A stretch of 64,000 nucleotides of DNA, from positions 34,125-98,124 of the forward strand of contig JBQTGU010000018.1 of the NCBI GenBank assembly GCA_052390575.1, given 5' to 3'. The position numbers and the translations under genes are program-made. The notes under the pieces were generated by a model, which ran no database searches, had not been told where the DNA came from, and worked only from the letters and a program-made list of their open reading frames with translations. Below are positions 62,037 to 64,000 of the stretch, in pieces. The stretch comes from Actinomycetota bacterium. GTDB taxonomy: Bacteria > Actinomycetota > Acidimicrobiia > IMCC26256 > JACDBD01. Numbering within the stretch: the first letter of the stretch is position 1; the number at the start of each line of letters is the position of its first letter.

Positions 62037-62877
62037 CGGCGATTCCCGTCTCGAGTCGCTTGAATGTCATGTAACCACCCACGAGAACGATGCACGCGGT
62101 GAGAGCGCCGAGGCCGAGCAGGTCCCAGTTCGGCGGCTGCCCGTAGAGGATGGTTCGGCGGTAACCGTCGATCACAGGAACAAGCGGGTTCACCAGGCAA
62201 TAGACGCGCCGAAAACCCTCGGGGATCGACGCAAGGCTGTAGGCGACCGGCGTGGCAAAGAGTCCGAGCTGCAGCACGATAACGATGAGGTGCCGGAGGT
62301 CACGGAGGTAGACCACGATCGAAGAAAGCAGGAATAACAGACCGAGCGTGAAGGCGACCTGGACGGCGAGCAGCAGCGGAACCCAAAGGGTGGTGGCTTT
62401 CGGCGCGAACGTCGTGGCCCCAAACAGGACGCCGAGGACGAGCGTTGCGACCGCCATGTCGACGCCGGCGACCAGGACGCTGGCCAACGGAAAGACCTCG
62501 CGCGGGCAGTAGACCTTGTTCAGCAGGGGCATATTCATCAACAGGCACGGCCCGCCCAGCGAGACGGAATTGGAGAAGAACGTCCAGGGCAGGAGCGCGA
62601 CGTACGTGAACAGGGCGTAAGGCACGTCACCCGTCCGCACGTCGGCCACACGCCGGAAGAACAGCGTGAACACGATCATGTACATCACCGGGATCACGAC
62701 GGCCCACGCGAACCCCAGCACGGTCTGCTTGTAGCGGGCCCGGATGTCGCGCTCGGCCAGGGTTCGCACGAGCTCTCGCCTCTGCCAAAGCTCCGCAAGT
62801 GCAGTCGAGATGCGGAGCCGGCGACGGAAGCGAAGGTGGCGCGGTGGCTCGGTGGGAAGGGTGACGGACGGGGTCAT
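62026..62877 (-). CDS. ABC-2 type polysaccharide exporter permease (Wzm/TagG type)
   Basis: Trimmed to the ATG at 62877. LWQRRELVRTLAERDIRARYKQTVLGFAWAVV, followed by 6 TM segments. Confidence 0.85.
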   Translation of the reverse strand: MTPSVTLPTEPPRHLRFRRRLRISTALAELWQRRELVRTLAERDIRARYKQTVLGFAWAVVIPVMYMIVFTLFFRRVADVRTGDVPYALFTYVALLPWTFFSNSVSLGGPCLLMNMPLLNKVYCPREVFPLASVLVAGVDMAVATLVLGVLFGATTFAPKATTLWVPLLLAVQVAFTLGLLFLLSSIVVYLRDLRHLIVIVLQLGLFATPVAYSLASIPEGFRRVYCLVNPLVPVIDGYRRTILYGQPPNWDLLGLGALTACIVLVGGYMTFKRLETGIADVA

Positions 62878-63006
62878 CCTGGTGGAGGTGCAGAGACGAA
62901 GGTACAGGGCGTCAGGACAGCATAGGCGCACCGAGCGCGGAGACCCTGGTGGGGCGCGGGCGGCTTCGGTGACACCGACATCGGGCGCGCGCGATCATGC
63001 CCGGCG

Positions 63007-64000
63007 ATGCCCGACGTCCCCTCCGACATACACCGCCCGTCGGCCTCGCCGGGATTGGGGTCGATCTTCGGTCTGGCGACGTTCGGTGCGCTTGTCGTCT
63101 ACGCCGGTGCGCTGCCGTGGGCCATCGCCAGCGGTAGCTACGACCTCTGGGGAGGCCTGCTCATCGCGCCGGTGCTCGCGCTGATCTCTCTTCCGCTGCT
63201 CCGTCGGCTCGGCCGCCAGGACGGCGACCCATGGATCCGGAACCTGCTGGGTGCGGCCCTGGTCGTCAAGCTCGTGGGCGCGTTGATCAGGTATGCGGTG
63301 ACTTCCAACATTCTGCGGGCGGGTGATGCCGACGCGTACCATGACGCGGGTCGCGAGCTCGCCAAGGAGTTCCGGGCGTGGGAATTCGCCGGGACGGCTT
63401 TCCAGGAGCACGTGCCCGATTGGGTCGGGACCCCGTTCATCCGGCTGCTCACCGGCTTCGTGTACACGGTGACCGGGCCCACGAAGCTTGGCGGGTTCGT
63501 CGTGTTCTCCTGGCTCGGCTTCTGGGGCCTCTACCTCTTCTACCGTGCGTTCCGCATCGCCGTCCCCGACGGCAACCACCGGCTGTACGCCGTCCTGGTG
63601 TTCTTCCTCCCGTCGCTCGTCTTCTGGCCGTCGAGCATCGGCAAAGAGGCCTGGATGCAGTTGACGATCGGAGTCTGCGCCTACGCCGCCGCCTGCATCT
63701 TTACGCAGCGCCGCGGCGGCTTCCCGCTCCTTGTCCTCGGGCTTTGGGGTGCGGCCATGGTCCGACCGCACATGGCGCTCATCGCGATCGTTGCCGTTGG
63801 CGCCGGGTACGTCCTCCGACAACCCCGCCGCGCCGCGTCCGGCGTTCCGGGGTTCGGCCGACTGCTCGGCATCGTCTTGCTGCTCGTGATCGGGGCGGCC
63901 GTCGTCAGCCAGACCGAGAGCTTCTTCGGTGTCGACGCATCCGGCACGAGCGCGGTCGATCAGGTCCTGGAACGTGCCGAGACGCAGAGCGGCCAGGGTG
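63007..64000 (+). CDS. Polytopic membrane protein, N-terminal part (runs off the window); possible polymerase/GT-C-like
   Basis: Not in the track because it has no stop in the window. My translation from the ATG at 63007 reads MPDVPSDIHRPSASPGLGSIFGLATFGALVVYAGALPW...FFLPSLVFWPSSIGKEAWMQLTIGV..., with multiple TM segments and good third-position GC. It displaces the antisense track ORF 62995..63822. Confidence 0.6.
   Translation, partial: MPDVPSDIHRPSASPGLGSIFGLATFGALVVYAGALPWAIASGSYDLWGGLLIAPVLALISLPLLRRLGRQDGDPWIRNLLGAALVVKLVGALIRYAVTSNILRAGDADAYHDAGRELAKEFRAWEFAGTAFQEHVPDWVGTPFIRLLTGFVYTVTGPTKLGGFVVFSWLGFWGLYLFYRAFRIAVPDGNHRLYAVLVFFLPSLVFWPSSIGKEAWMQLTIGVCAYAAACIFTQRRGGFPLLVLGLWGAAMVRPHMALIAIVAVGAGYVLRQPRRAASGVPGFGRLLGIVLLLVIGAAVVSQTESFFGVDASGTSAVDQVLERAETQSGQG

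Noticed and set aside
62995-63822. Minus-strand 275-aa ORF (MSEDVPGANGNDRDERH...).
   Set aside because: It is charged, low-complexity and domain-less. The opposite strand encodes a convincing polytopic membrane protein from the ATG at 63007 that runs off the window.

Overview
High-GC (by eye about 70%) actinobacterial-type chromosomal DNA with about 60 tightly packed genes. Many are joined by ATGA/GTGA/TGATG start-stop overlaps. I recognised no rRNA, tRNA, CRISPR array or transposase. Layout: (i) 1-10.2 kb is a Wzy/Wzz-style envelope-glycan locus: GT4s, an O-antigen-ligase/Wzy-like protein, a Wzz+P-loop protein with a degenerate kinase site, a PslG-like lipoprotein hydrolase and a WbaP-type phosphoglycosyl transferase. 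It ends in a DUF4012 protein plus a tiny LPXTG peptide. (ii) 10-33 kb mixes housekeeping and accessory genes: two tandem Cas4-like Fe-S PD-(D/E)XK nucleases, a Cys-less thiolase-like protein, a DUF222/HNH gene broken by an in-frame TAG and preceded by a promoter plus SOS-box-like site, a nitroreductase, prmC-prfA, DUF1800/DUF1501, a ferritin-like + LLM oxidoreductase pair, DUF1385, rpmE, rho, an archaeal-type apgM-cpgS-2PGK cassette (cyclic 2,3-diphosphoglycerate route) abutting rho, a PQQ sugar dehydrogenase and an LMW-PTP. (iii) 33-64 kb holds a second DUF4012 module, fused to a degenerate WecA/MraY-like domain and again followed by a paralogous mini sortase-substrate. It also holds a >28 kb ABC-transporter-dependent glycan locus: 11 GT-like genes, a PglF/CapD-like dehydratase, 2 DegT aminotransferases, 2 GNATs, 3 methyltransferases, a deacetylase, an ATP-grasp enzyme, a HAD hydrolase, a PglC-like PGT and Wzm/Wzt. 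The best candidates for something new are the duplicated DUF4012 + mini-LPXTG/LAXTG peptide module, the bacterial cDPG cassette, and a GC-rich palindromic repeat family found both in intergenic DNA and in-frame inside a CDS. All functional calls come from my own reading of motifs and gene order; no database search or computation was possible. Many track ORFs carry spurious Arg/Pro-rich N-terminal extensions, which I trimmed to plausible starts.
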